Positions 9,396-19,294 of a DNA stretch of 34,985 nucleotides are shown here, one piece after another; within the stretch, counting starts at the first letter, position 1, and every line of letters starts with the position of its first letter. Position numbers and translations under genes: made by a program. The stretch is from a virus. Lineage: Duplodnaviria; Caudoviricetes. The notes under the pieces were generated by a model. The model was not told the origin of the DNA, did not search any database, and was given only the letters and a program-made list of their open reading frames with translations. The stretch is from IMG/VR virus record IMGVR_UViG_3300048670_000591, positions 1-34,985 of that record. One strand, 5' to 3'.

Positions 9396-11774
9396 ATGCC
9401 AAATCTAGAAGAGATGTATCAACTGCCAGAGGACGTTGAAGCCTCTGGTACAGTATCAATAGAAAGTGATCTTTTAGATTTTGCCACTGGTGAATTGCTT
9501 GTTCAAGAGGACACGCAAGAACAGTTGACAGGCGAAACTTTTGACACGCAAGTGCTTGCCACTGCTGGCAATTGCACTCCCATCGTTATCACTAATTCAG
9601 AGGCAAGTCCAGCCCCTATTGATATTATTAATCTAGAAGAAAGTGAAGTTAGCAAGAGCTTACTTGGTATTCCTAGATCAGAAACTGCTCTTGTTCTTTT
9701 TGATACTGTCAACATCTATGGGGTGAATACAAAGGAGTGGAGAAGCAATCCTGGTGGCACCTTCTTTTACACGTATTTCTTTGATCCTAATGACTGGACG
9801 TTTAGGGATGCCTACGGCAATTATGCAAGGCACATTCCCCAAGAGAGCGCCTTGCAAGCTTATTGCTACCCGCCTCCCGCTTCTTTCTCCTATCCAACAG
9901 ACGACAACTCTGGGCGCTTTCCAGGCGGCTATACCGATGGGGTGATGAATGCTTTCTGGGAAAGCAAAAGAGCATTCCGTTACCAGCCAGGGCGAGTAAC
10001 TGGCTTTACCTTAGGGGTGAGAATGTCCACTCAGAGTGGAGACGAAGGGGAAGTAATACGATGGGGGTGCCGAAATGATTATGGAGATGGTTATTATTTT
10101 CAGCTAGAAGAAGGCAATAATTTATTTATTATTAGAACATCTCCTGACCTTGGAGAGCTAAAAGTTCCTCGCGAGGATTGGAACGGCGATAAGGTGCAAG
10201 TGAATGAGGGGCGCACTGGATGGGGGCTTGACTTGTCCAAGGTGACAATGTTCAAGATTGAATTTAGTTGGTACGGGGCAGTGGGCGCTAGGTTTCTTGC
10301 CTATGTTCCAGACAACGTGGGAGAAGCACGATGGGTGGCGTTGCATTACATCTTTGCTGAAAATCAATTCACCACACCAAGCCTACGTAGTGCTTACCTG
10401 CGTCTATTCACAAGCGTTACTAGCAACGCTGGCGCCACTCAGCCAGCCTTCATCAATCTGTACGGAAGTAGCGTATATATTGATGGCGGCGACAGGGGAA
10501 CGGTTACGCTTGGCAGCGCAGCTTTACAAACTGCAAAGAACATTGACTCTACTGGGCGCACCATTCTCGGCTTGCAAGTTAAAGGGCAAATAAATGGAGT
10601 GGACAATCAAAAGGCTGTTTATCCAGTGGGGCTGGCTGCGTTCTCTTCGGTGCCATCGCGACTTGATTTAGTGCTGCAAGGTAATTTCAATGGAGCTGGC
10701 GAGAGTTATTTCTATGGCAACGGAACAAATCTTGTGCGTGGCACTGGTAGCGGACTAGCAGTCACGCGATTGACGAGCAATACGCTGCAAATCAACGCTG
10801 GACAATTTCCTGATATTGCCAGTGAAATTAGCGGAAGCACTGACTACCTCTTAGGAAAGAAAGTCAAAGTGGTTGGCTCCAGTGTTTTTAGCACCTACGT
10901 GGCCGCCATTAGCCCTGACCGCACGCAAATTACTACAGACAGGCCCATTCCCGCTGGCACCACTTCCATTCAACTGTCAAGGTTCGATTCTTATGCAGTG
11001 GCAAGTGGAGTGATTCCTAGTGGTACTGCAAGCGGCACAGTATTTTTCAACACTGGAGGAGGACAATGGCGACTGGGGGCATGGTTTCAGACGAGCGGAC
11101 AATCCTATAGCAGTAGCGCAAACATCTTGTGGTTTGCCAGTAAATATACGGGCATACTGTTTAATAAAGACGGCGTAGCCGTAGGCGAATACCTTTTCCC
11201 CTATGAAGAGTACCGTCAGGCGAGTTTTTCTTTAGTTGTGCCTAGTGGCTCGTCTAATACCATTGCCACTTTTGGAAACAGCACAACCACTCTTACTGGC
11301 GTAACTAATCCATGGCCAATCACACTGGTTGCAGAGTTGATGAACGACTCCCAGCTAAACGACGTGGTAGTGGTCCGTGGAACGGCGCAGGAGCGCATTG
11401 TGCCTGGCAGTGGGGCAACGGTGGCAATCAGCCAGTGGAACGTCGTCAGCGGGCTCTCACAGTCCTCTGTGGATGCTGGTGGATCTTCTTATGTGGCGAA
11501 TAAATTTGAAGCATCATCTTCCGACCCATTGTCCGCTGTTTTGGTGGACACTCAAGGCTACAGAACACTAAAGAGTCCGCAACGCATTGCCACTTACTTC
11601 CTGGGCAGTGGCGAAACTAAACAGTTTAATCTCGCTGATTTGTTTGGTCCTGATAAAATGTATATTACGGGCGCTCCTGGCACCCAACTAAACAGTGGGG
11701 CTTTATTTGTCGTGGCAACCGCTCGTGGCGCTAGTGGTGTGGCAAGTGCCACTCTTAATTGGGAGGAGCAATAA
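9396..11774 (+). CDS. Virion structural protein, RYQPG family (paralog B)
   Basis: Same motif series as 7642..9384, with an acidic N-terminal extension and a large C-terminal insertion. Confidence 0.8.
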   Translation: MPNLEEMYQLPEDVEASGTVSIESDLLDFATGELLVQEDTQEQLTGETFDTQVLATAGNCTPIVITNSEASPAPIDIINLEESEVSKSLLGIPRSETALVLFDTVNIYGVNTKEWRSNPGGTFFYTYFFDPNDWTFRDAYGNYARHIPQESALQAYCYPPPASFSYPTDDNSGRFPGGYTDGVMNAFWESKRAFRYQPGRVTGFTLGVRMSTQSGDEGEVIRWGCRNDYGDGYYFQLEEGNNLFIIRTSPDLGELKVPREDWNGDKVQVNEGRTGWGLDLSKVTMFKIEFSWYGAVGARFLAYVPDNVGEARWVALHYIFAENQFTTPSLRSAYLRLFTSVTSNAGATQPAFINLYGSSVYIDGGDRGTVTLGSAALQTAKNIDSTGRTILGLQVKGQINGVDNQKAVYPVGLAAFSSVPSRLDLVLQGNFNGAGESYFYGNGTNLVRGTGSGLAVTRLTSNTLQINAGQFPDIASEISGSTDYLLGKKVKVVGSSVFSTYVAAISPDRTQITTDRPIPAGTTSIQLSRFDSYAVASGVIPSGTASGTVFFNTGGGQWRLGAWFQTSGQSYSSSANILWFASKYTGILFNKDGVAVGEYLFPYEEYRQASFSLVVPSGSSNTIATFGNSTTTLTGVTNPWPITLVAELMNDSQLNDVVVVRGTAQERIVPGSGATVAISQWNVVSGLSQSSVDAGGSSYVANKFEASSSDPLSAVLVDTQGYRTLKSPQRIATYFLGSGETKQFNLADLFGPDKMYITGAPGTQLNSGALFVVATARGASGVASATLNWEEQ

Positions 11775-12334
11775 TGGCTCTTCCAGGACTTGTTGCGGCA
11801 GAAAATTTAGCAGATGTCAATGACATTGAAGCTGCTTGGGACAACTTAGGCGATGGAGTGGAGATTGTCATCTCAGGTGTGACCACTCTGAGTACAATTC
11901 GCGGCAAAGACATTCTTGCATTGGCTGGAGTGAACCGCGCCTCCACTCGTGACTTTGTTTTTATTAAGGGCCTCACGGCTTCAGTGCAGCCACGTTTAGA
12001 TATTGCAGCAGCCAGCACTGGCTCTGGTACGGCAGTACAAGGCTTGACGATGCTTCGGGCATCACCAACTACAAACGGCAACTATTTATTCTCCAATGGG
12101 CTCACGCTAAGTGGCGCGTCTGTACGAGTGAATGGCACGCCAGTTCTTTCCATTGCCACTTCTCCTTTTATTGGCAATGATGCAACAACAAGCATTTTGC
12201 TTCAAGAGTTGCGCCCTCAAGCTAATTGGCGCATCACTGAGCCAATGACCAATGGAACCATTGCATCGCCGGAAGTGGCTGTGCCTTTTGAGACTGATGA
12301 GTTTTTACTATTTATGAAGGCAGGACAGAACTAA
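11774..12334 (+). CDS. Putative tail fibre-associated protein
   Basis: ATG at 11774 (TAATG overlap, GGAGGA RBS); ENLADV...AWDNLG fibre-type N-terminal motif. Confidence 0.65.
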   Translation: MALPGLVAAENLADVNDIEAAWDNLGDGVEIVISGVTTLSTIRGKDILALAGVNRASTRDFVFIKGLTASVQPRLDIAAASTGSGTAVQGLTMLRASPTTNGNYLFSNGLTLSGASVRVNGTPVLSIATSPFIGNDATTSILLQELRPQANWRITEPMTNGTIASPEVAVPFETDEFLLFMKAGQN

Positions 12335-13635
12335 TGGCACAAGAATATGGTTTTCGCGCCAGTAATAATCTGTCTGAAGTTTTAGACAGAGATGTTTGCC
12401 TTGATAATTTAGGCATTAATAGACGCGATCTTGCGCTGCTAATTGGCACTTCTAATGCTGGTGTAACGGAAGCTGACTATCAAGCCATCATTGGACTGTC
12501 GGCCAACTTGGAGCAACAGGTAACAACGCTCACTGGCTACGCTGGCTCCCAGCTTTCCTCCATTGAAAACAAAGCATCGGCAACTGGCGATACTTTCACT
12601 GGCCCGCTATTTTCAAGCATCATAAATAACGACAGACCATATACCAAACAAGCCGGCACAATCATTGGTCCGTCTACAGTTTCGTATTTTTCGCCAACGG
12701 CTAGCGGCGATTTTGCAACAGGCGCAGAGTACAAGCTAGGTCCAGTTACAGCCGCAACAATTACCACTAATGATTTTAATTACGGCGGATTAACAGTTCC
12801 TTGGAATAATTACTTTTCGCGCTACACGCGATATGTGCAGGCTCAGGAGCAACCATCTTGGACCACTCGTCGCATTCCATTGTTTCTTCCACCTCCTAGC
12901 GCCATTAGTGGGTGCGTGATGTGGCTTGATGCTGAATTCAGCGAGTTTGATCTTGATGGAAGCAATGGCGTCATTCAATGGAAAGGACTAAATAGTGGAG
13001 CAATTGCTGTGCAATCAACACTTGCAGCTCGTCCAGTGTTCACGGCTAATGTGCTCAACGGAAAGCCAGCCATTCGCTTTGATGGCAGCGATGATCATTT
13101 GCTCATGGGCAATCTGGGCTTTTTGGTGCCACAGGCCGCCACTTTGATAATAAAAGCGCGTATTCTTGGCAGTGATTACAACATTGTTGGCACCTTAAAC
13201 AATGTGAGCAATAGGTGGAACAATGGCACTGGCGCAGGTAGTTTTGGCTTGTTTACTAGCACAGTACAAACAGGCTTCCCTACTCGCGCTGAATTCAACG
13301 GCACATTTACTTTCACTGTGAGAGCAAGCAATAGCTACGGTCTAGAAGTAAGGAAAAACAGTGTGAGGCAGGATTACAAAAGCGCTGGCTTCACCTATGC
13401 AGGAGGAGATTCCTACATCCTGGGCAAGAGTGGAGGTAGCACTGGTTTCTTTCAAGGCGACATCTATTCCATTGCTTTGTTTGATCGCGTGTTGTCCGAT
13501 AAAGAAGCAAGAACCGTTGAAGAGTACTTTGCTTGGCGCTATGATGGCGTATATGATCCTGATCGTTTGCAACAACTTCAGTTAGAAGATTTTGCCACGC
13601 TTGATCTTGAAAATGGCACGCCATTGACCGCATAA
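12334..13635 (+). CDS. Fibre-like protein with C-terminal LamG/ConA-like lectin domain
   Basis: NNLSEV..LDNLG N-terminus; WLDA..QW..RP..LNGKPAIRFDGSDD..GDIYSIALFDRVLS..VEEY pattern. Confidence 0.75.
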   Translation: MAQEYGFRASNNLSEVLDRDVCLDNLGINRRDLALLIGTSNAGVTEADYQAIIGLSANLEQQVTTLTGYAGSQLSSIENKASATGDTFTGPLFSSIINNDRPYTKQAGTIIGPSTVSYFSPTASGDFATGAEYKLGPVTAATITTNDFNYGGLTVPWNNYFSRYTRYVQAQEQPSWTTRRIPLFLPPPSAISGCVMWLDAEFSEFDLDGSNGVIQWKGLNSGAIAVQSTLAARPVFTANVLNGKPAIRFDGSDDHLLMGNLGFLVPQAATLIIKARILGSDYNIVGTLNNVSNRWNNGTGAGSFGLFTSTVQTGFPTRAEFNGTFTFTVRASNSYGLEVRKNSVRQDYKSAGFTYAGGDSYILGKSGGSTGFFQGDIYSIALFDRVLSDKEARTVEEYFAWRYDGVYDPDRLQQLQLEDFATLDLENGTPLTA

Positions 13636-13639
13636 ACTA

Positions 13640-14398
13640 ATGACAAAAATTTCTCAACTTTCAGATATTGGTGGCGCATTAGCCGCTGATGATGAATTTG
13701 TCATTCGTGACGTAAGTGATGGGTCCACACCAAATAAGAAAGTAACAGCCAGTGGACTGTTTAACGTAGCCACAGCGCTGGGCTTTACGGGCCTTGATTC
13801 CATTGTTTCGGGGCCAGCAGGCGAAGCAAGGGTGCAAGTGGTAGCTAGCGGGCTCAATGGGCGCAGTGATACAACGATCAGCGGTGTCATTTCAGCTCGC
13901 ACTACCATCTCTGGCTATTTAGAAGCGCCTGGCCCAGCACCTAGCCTTTACTACCCCATCGTTTCTCAAAATGACGTGGGTAGTGGCCCTAATCAAGTGC
14001 CGCTTAATAGCATGCTGGGAGACATGGCTTTTGCCAATTATCCTTTCCTTCGTGGTGGTAGCAATACGACAACAACTAGTGGCACTTTGACAGTTAATGC
14101 TTCGTTGTTTGAAAGATTTAACTACACTGCAAGTATGGCCACTAGCATTACGGTGCAATTTAGCAACGTAAGCATTGGTCGTGAAGTTAAGATGTACATT
14201 CGTAACACCAATGCAACTGCTCGTCTTGTGACTCTTGAAGCTTCCGCTAGCGGCACTGGGTATAGTTCAATTAACTTATCGCTTGGAAGTCCTCCTGGAG
14301 GTGCTTCAGCAAGCAGTCTTACTCTTTCTGGCTCCACTGGTACAGCTATGGTATGGGTGGGAAATATTAACGGCACTATTGTTGGAGGACTGGTCTAA
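13640..14398 (+). CDS. Virion fibre/decoration protein
   Basis: KISQL N-terminus and DVGSGPNQVPLNSMLGDMAF motif; S/T/G-rich. Confidence 0.7.
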   Translation: MTKISQLSDIGGALAADDEFVIRDVSDGSTPNKKVTASGLFNVATALGFTGLDSIVSGPAGEARVQVVASGLNGRSDTTISGVISARTTISGYLEAPGPAPSLYYPIVSQNDVGSGPNQVPLNSMLGDMAFANYPFLRGGSNTTTTSGTLTVNASLFERFNYTASMATSITVQFSNVSIGREVKMYIRNTNATARLVTLEASASGTGYSSINLSLGSPPGGASASSLTLSGSTGTAMVWVGNINGTIVGGLV

Positions 14399-17300
14399 TG
14401 GCAATCAAATCTCTCTATCCGACTAATCGTCCGTCGCTTGATTTTAACTTTGTTGGTACGCGCAGGCTCGATCCTCGCTTGGCATTTTCTCGTGCATCCA
14501 CTGGCACTTACGTGGATGCAAATGGCCTGTTTCAAGCGGCAGCAATTAATGAGCCTAGGTTTAATTATGACTTTATCACCGGAGAGAATCAAGGCTTACT
14601 TATTGAGGCAAGTAAAACTAATTTTGTACTGAACTCATCCTCTTTTGCCGCATGGATATATGCAAGTGGTAGCACGGAAACCACCTATCCAATTAAAGGA
14701 TTAAATACTATCAAGGTGGGTAGAATTGCAGAAGCGGGAGATTCTCCCTCTACTGCTACTTTTCAATACAGCACTGGATATTATACGGGCTCTTGTTATG
14801 TTGATACCGTAAATTCAACTGCTACTGCGGCCATAATGAGCATGTTATATATTGATACTGTTATTCAATCGTTAAACGTAGATTTTACTTTTTCTACAAA
14901 AACCGTGAGCCAACCTTATAACCCTGGTGGTGGATGGACAAATGCGAGGGCTGGAGTCATTGATTGTGGCGGCGGCATTTACAGACTATGGGTCACTGGT
15001 TACGCCTCGCCATCTGTTCCGCCTGGAGTCAATCGTTTTTATTTTGCAAGTTCTGAGGCTTGGCCTTCATACGCAATCATTGCTGGAATGCAGGTAGAGG
15101 CAGGCACTTCCCCTACTTCGTTTATCCCCACTTCAGGCGTCGCCGTAACTCGCAGCGCCGACCTGCTTTCTGCGCAAGCAATTGATTTCTCTGCTGGCGG
15201 TACGCTCTTTGCGCGAGGAAGCACTTTTGGCGATGACTTTCCCATTGCCTCTCTTAATAACGGCACCTCTGCAAAGGAAGTAGAGCTAAGCGTTATCCCG
15301 CGCTCTGGCGCTGCCTGCTTGCAAACAAGCAATGGTGACCGTCTAACAAGCGGCGGCGGGAGCAAGTTCTATGAAGCCGTAGTGGCGGCGTCTGTGTCGC
15401 CCACGTCTGCTTCCATCGCCTCTGATGGCGTGCTGCCTAAGACTAAGGCGCTGTCTCCAGCGATTAGCGGCCTCACGCAATTAGACATTGGCAAGGACGC
15501 TTCAGGCAACTATTTCAATGGTCCTATTAAGGCTGTGCGTTATTTCCCTGGCACGGTTAGCACTGACGTACTGGCTGGCTTGAGCCTAGGAGAAGACACT
15601 AAAGCACTGCCTCCGACTAATCAGCCGACGTTCTCAATGGGCATCACCATTGACACTGCTAATACAGTGTGGACGCTTCGCAGCACTGGTACTGTTAATT
15701 ACGATGTTGACTGGGGCGATGGTCAAAGGGAATTTGCTCAAACTTCCAATGCAAAGGCTCACACTTATGCACAGCCTGGTTTGTACAAAGTTGCTATTAA
15801 ACTTTTAAGCGGCACTTACAGGCCTTATTACTATACATTTGCCAGCGATCTAGCTAAAATCACGGCCATTTTTCCCACCAGCAGTGGGTGGAGCTTTGGT
15901 TCTACTATTAACGATGCTTGGGCCGGCGACGCCTATACCAAAATTGCTTATGTAGATGAAAATATTAACGTATCAAATGTTGCCAACTTTGTTGGCGCGT
16001 GGGCTTATTCAAACTCCCTTAGATCATTCCCATTACTTGATACTTCAAGCGCCACAAACCTTACGTCTGCATGGCTTCAGTGTGAATCATTGCGATCATT
16101 TCCCCTGCTAAATACAAGTAACGTAACAAATTTAACTTATGCATGGCGTGGAAACCAAAGCCTGCAATCTTTTCCGCTGATTGACAGTTCAAATGTTACT
16201 AATTTTGACGGCGCTTGGTATGGCTGCACTGGCCTCACTAGTTTCCCTTCAATAAACACGGGAAGGGGCACATCTTTTTATGCAGCGTGGCTTCAAAATA
16301 AATCACTGACTAGTTTTCCAGCATTAAATGTCGCTAGCGGAACTAGTTTTCAATCCGCTTGGCAACAATGCACTAATCTTGCATCTTTTCCTTCTGGAAT
16401 TGATGTTGGCAATGGCACTCTGTTTGGTTACGCATGGTATGGTTGCTTTGCGCTTACCTCGTTTCCAGCCTTAAATTTCAGCAAGGGCACTAATTTTAGC
16501 AATACTTGGATGTTGACCGGCCTTAGTAGCTTCCCTTCTGGCGTTGATCTTTCAAAGGGAACTAACTTTACTGGCACTTGGGCTGTAACTCCTTTAACCA
16601 GTTTTCCCCCTCTTAATTTGGCCTCTGGAACCACTTTTAGTTCCGCTTGGCAGCAAACTCTTTTAACTAGCTTCCCTTCTGGAATTAATATTTCCAATGG
16701 CACTGGCTTTGTCGGCGCTTGGTATGCGACTCCGCTCGCTAGTTTCCCAAATATCAACTTAAGCAAAGGAGTTAATTTCCAGCAAGCATGGGTTAATAAT
16801 TCTTTCACAAGCTTCCCGCCGTTGGACTTGCCTAGCGGGCAGATTTTTAATAGGGCCTGGCAAAACTGCGGAGGCTTGACAAGTTTTCCTTCTGGAATTA
16901 ACCTTTCTAATGGCACGGACTTTAGCGAAGCATGGACTGGCTGTGTTGGCCTATCTGGCTTTCCTTCGTTAAATTTGGGCAAGGGTACTAATTTTTATGC
17001 CACTTGGATTAATTGCTTTGGTTTGACTAGTTTTCCTTCTGGCATTAATGTTGCCAGCGGCACTTCTTTCCAAAGTGCTTGGCAAGGTTGCAACGCTTTA
17101 TCTGGCTTCCCCCCACTGGACTTAGGGCGTGGCACTAATTTTGTGGCATCTTGGCTGGGGTGTGACAAATTAACTTCATTCCCTTCTGGAATTAACGTTG
17201 CAAGTGGAACAAGCTTTGACACTGCTTGGTTTAACTGTACTGGCCTAACTACCTTCCCGCCTTTAAACTTGGGACGCGGCACTAGCTTTAATGGCACTTG

Positions 17301-18372
17301 GCACAATTGCAGGGGTTTAACTGCTTTCCCTTCGGGAATTAACGTTGCAAGCGGAATAGATTTTGGCACCGCATGGAGACAGTGCAGCGGGCTTGCTTCA
17401 TTCCCCGCATTAAACTTGAGCAAGGGCACTAGTTTTCCTCTTGCTTGGAGAGACTGCACGGGTCTGACCAGTTTTCCCTCTGGAATCAATGTTAGCAATG
17501 GGGTTGATTTTGGTGGCGCTTGGACTAACTGTTCCAACCTCACATCATTCCCTCTTCTTAATGTGGCGAGTGGCGTTAATTTCGTCAACGCTTGGAATGG
17601 TTGCTCTAAATTAACTAGTTTTCCCGCTTTGTCCACTGGCAAGGGGACAAACTTTGCTGCCGCTTGGGCGTTTAATTCTTCGCTGACAAGCTTCCCTTCT
17701 GGTATTAATACTGCCAGCGGCACGGACTTCACTACCACTTGGTATCTTTGCACTGGTATAACTAGTTTCCCGTTGCTAGATGTAGGAAGAGGAATATCTT
17801 TTCAAAATGCTTGGAGAGAAATGTTCTCGCTTGTTTCTTTCCCCTTGGTAAACACAAGCAACGCTACCACGCTGTATGCCGCATGGTATGGCGACAATAA
17901 ATTAACGAGCTTTCCTGCGATTGACACTGGAAAGGTTATAGATTTTAGTTATGCATGGCTTGGCTGCGGCGGCTTAACAAGTTTCCCTTCTGGCATTAAC
18001 ACTGCCAGTGGCACTACATTCCTTCGCACATGGGAATCCTGTACAGGTCTAACCAGCTTTCCTGCCTTAAATTTTTCAAGAGGTAATACTTTTGAATATG
18101 CCTGGGTTACTTGCACTGGATTGACTACATTCCCAAGCGGTCTTTTTAATGCAACTAGCGGCACTAATTTTACTGGTTGCTGGCAGTCATGCGCCTTAAC
18201 TGCGCAGTCGATTGCTAATATTTTAGTTTCTATTAACGCTGCTAATACATCCAGCGGCACTCTTGGCCTCAATGGAGGTACTAATGCAGCCAAAACAACA
18301 TGGACTGCAAGCGGCAACACTGCTTACGACGCATTAGTCGCTAGGGGATGGACAATCGCATTCAACCCTTGA
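14398..18372 (+). CDS. Large virion spike/adhesin: FSRAS..PRF..GLLIE domain, ConA-like region, PKD domain and BspA/DUF285-like repeat solenoid
   Basis: PSLDFNF..FSRASTGTYVD..EPRF..GLLIE; VDWGDG..HTYAQPGLY (PKD); 30 tandem LTSFP..W..C repeats; capping LVARGWTI. Confidence 0.85.
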   Translation: MAIKSLYPTNRPSLDFNFVGTRRLDPRLAFSRASTGTYVDANGLFQAAAINEPRFNYDFITGENQGLLIEASKTNFVLNSSSFAAWIYASGSTETTYPIKGLNTIKVGRIAEAGDSPSTATFQYSTGYYTGSCYVDTVNSTATAAIMSMLYIDTVIQSLNVDFTFSTKTVSQPYNPGGGWTNARAGVIDCGGGIYRLWVTGYASPSVPPGVNRFYFASSEAWPSYAIIAGMQVEAGTSPTSFIPTSGVAVTRSADLLSAQAIDFSAGGTLFARGSTFGDDFPIASLNNGTSAKEVELSVIPRSGAACLQTSNGDRLTSGGGSKFYEAVVAASVSPTSASIASDGVLPKTKALSPAISGLTQLDIGKDASGNYFNGPIKAVRYFPGTVSTDVLAGLSLGEDTKALPPTNQPTFSMGITIDTANTVWTLRSTGTVNYDVDWGDGQREFAQTSNAKAHTYAQPGLYKVAIKLLSGTYRPYYYTFASDLAKITAIFPTSSGWSFGSTINDAWAGDAYTKIAYVDENINVSNVANFVGAWAYSNSLRSFPLLDTSSATNLTSAWLQCESLRSFPLLNTSNVTNLTYAWRGNQSLQSFPLIDSSNVTNFDGAWYGCTGLTSFPSINTGRGTSFYAAWLQNKSLTSFPALNVASGTSFQSAWQQCTNLASFPSGIDVGNGTLFGYAWYGCFALTSFPALNFSKGTNFSNTWMLTGLSSFPSGVDLSKGTNFTGTWAVTPLTSFPPLNLASGTTFSSAWQQTLLTSFPSGINISNGTGFVGAWYATPLASFPNINLSKGVNFQQAWVNNSFTSFPPLDLPSGQIFNRAWQNCGGLTSFPSGINLSNGTDFSEAWTGCVGLSGFPSLNLGKGTNFYATWINCFGLTSFPSGINVASGTSFQSAWQGCNALSGFPPLDLGRGTNFVASWLGCDKLTSFPSGINVASGTSFDTAWFNCTGLTTFPPLNLGRGTSFNGTWHNCRGLTAFPSGINVASGIDFGTAWRQCSGLASFPALNLSKGTSFPLAWRDCTGLTSFPSGINVSNGVDFGGAWTNCSNLTSFPLLNVASGVNFVNAWNGCSKLTSFPALSTGKGTNFAAAWAFNSSLTSFPSGINTASGTDFTTTWYLCTGITSFPLLDVGRGISFQNAWREMFSLVSFPLVNTSNATTLYAAWYGDNKLTSFPAIDTGKVIDFSYAWLGCGGLTSFPSGINTASGTTFLRTWESCTGLTSFPALNFSRGNTFEYAWVTCTGLTTFPSGLFNATSGTNFTGCWQSCALTAQSIANILVSINAANTSSGTLGLNGGTNAAKTTWTASGNTAYDALVARGWTIAFNP
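16018..18195 (+). repeat. 30 tandem intragenic repeats of 23-25 codons (LxSFP[SG]xN/D..G.xF..AW..C)
   Basis: Counted manually from the translation; recurrent DNA words such as ttcccttctggaattaa. Confidence 0.92.
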
Positions 18373-18389
18373 TATAACTACTAAGAACA

Positions 18390-18764
18390 ATGACTTCTTC
18401 TTCTCCCCACGTTAATACGACTGGCACCACGCAATACGTTGTGGCGCATTGCGAACCTTGTGAAACTGAAGGCACTTGTCCTGCAATTTGCCTTATTGCA
18501 TTAGAACCCAATGAAGCTGTTGTTACTGGCCAGCCCTACGTGCAAATCTTTGATGACTACGACGAGGCGCTGGAAATAGCCACATCTTTGGGCTATCAGG
18601 AACTTACTCCTGGAGGCGTACTGCCTCCCCCTGTCCTGCCTGAACCTCCCGCAATTCCTGAACCCCCTGAGCCCCCTGCGCCCTCTGCGCCAGACTTGAC
18701 GCCGCCTCCCATTGTACTTCCGCCAGTGCCACAGCCCCTTCCTTCTTTCCCTGTGGGTGAATAA
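18390..18764 (+). CDS. Hypothetical protein with Pro-rich C-terminal tail
   Basis: 124 aa; PPP/PEPP low-complexity tail; follows the adhesin (possible chaperone). Confidence 0.65.
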   Translation: MTSSSPHVNTTGTTQYVVAHCEPCETEGTCPAICLIALEPNEAVVTGQPYVQIFDDYDEALEIATSLGYQELTPGGVLPPPVLPEPPAIPEPPEPPAPSAPDLTPPPIVLPPVPQPLPSFPVGE

Positions 18765-18769
18765 CTACC

Positions 18770-19294
18770 ATGGCAAGAGGTCTTGTCCGCAAGAATAATT
18801 TTTCGGACTTGCCTTCTCCTGGGCAAGCAAGAAATAACTTAGGGCTTGCAACTGCTGACTACAACCGCATTCGTGGCTTGTTTACAAGCGCTGGTGTTAG
18901 CAATATTGACGTGCAACGCATTGCAGGCTCTGCCAATAATTATCAAGATCAAATTGATAGTTTATCTGCATCATTATCAGGCATTGTCTTAAACCTCTAC
19001 GTGGAGCGCAGTGGTGATACAACCACTGGCACATGGACTAATTATGGTTATATTCAGCCTGGCACGTTGGTGCAGAGCGGCGTTGTTCTTGGTAGCTCTT
19101 CTGACGGTTCCTTTTCCCTGACAGTCACAGGACTGTCATATTCACTGTATAGAAACACGCTTGTAATGCAGCAGGGCGTGACGGCGCAAGCGTTAAGGGA
19201 CAATGGAGCAGTGGTATTTGCAAGTGGGGTTGTTGCAAACAAGCTGATTCCAATTAGCATTAATAACGTGCCGTATTTCCTGGAGGCAGGGTGA
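18770..19294 (+). CDS. Putative short tail fibre protein
   Basis: KNNFSDL..QARNNLGL fibre motif. Confidence 0.7.
   Translation: MARGLVRKNNFSDLPSPGQARNNLGLATADYNRIRGLFTSAGVSNIDVQRIAGSANNYQDQIDSLSASLSGIVLNLYVERSGDTTTGTWTNYGYIQPGTLVQSGVVLGSSSDGSFSLTVTGLSYSLYRNTLVMQQGVTAQALRDNGAVVFASGVVANKLIPISINNVPYFLEAG

Noticed and set aside
16018-18195. CRISPR-like or non-coding repeat array
   Set aside because: Repeats are degenerate at synonymous positions and in frame within a CDS; there are no identical direct repeats with unique spacers and no cas genes. The PD-(D/E)XK exonuclease sits in a recombination context.
16428-18320. Long minus-strand ORFs (184, 252, 123 aa) with repeats
   Set aside because: They are antisense shadows of the repetitive adhesin gene.
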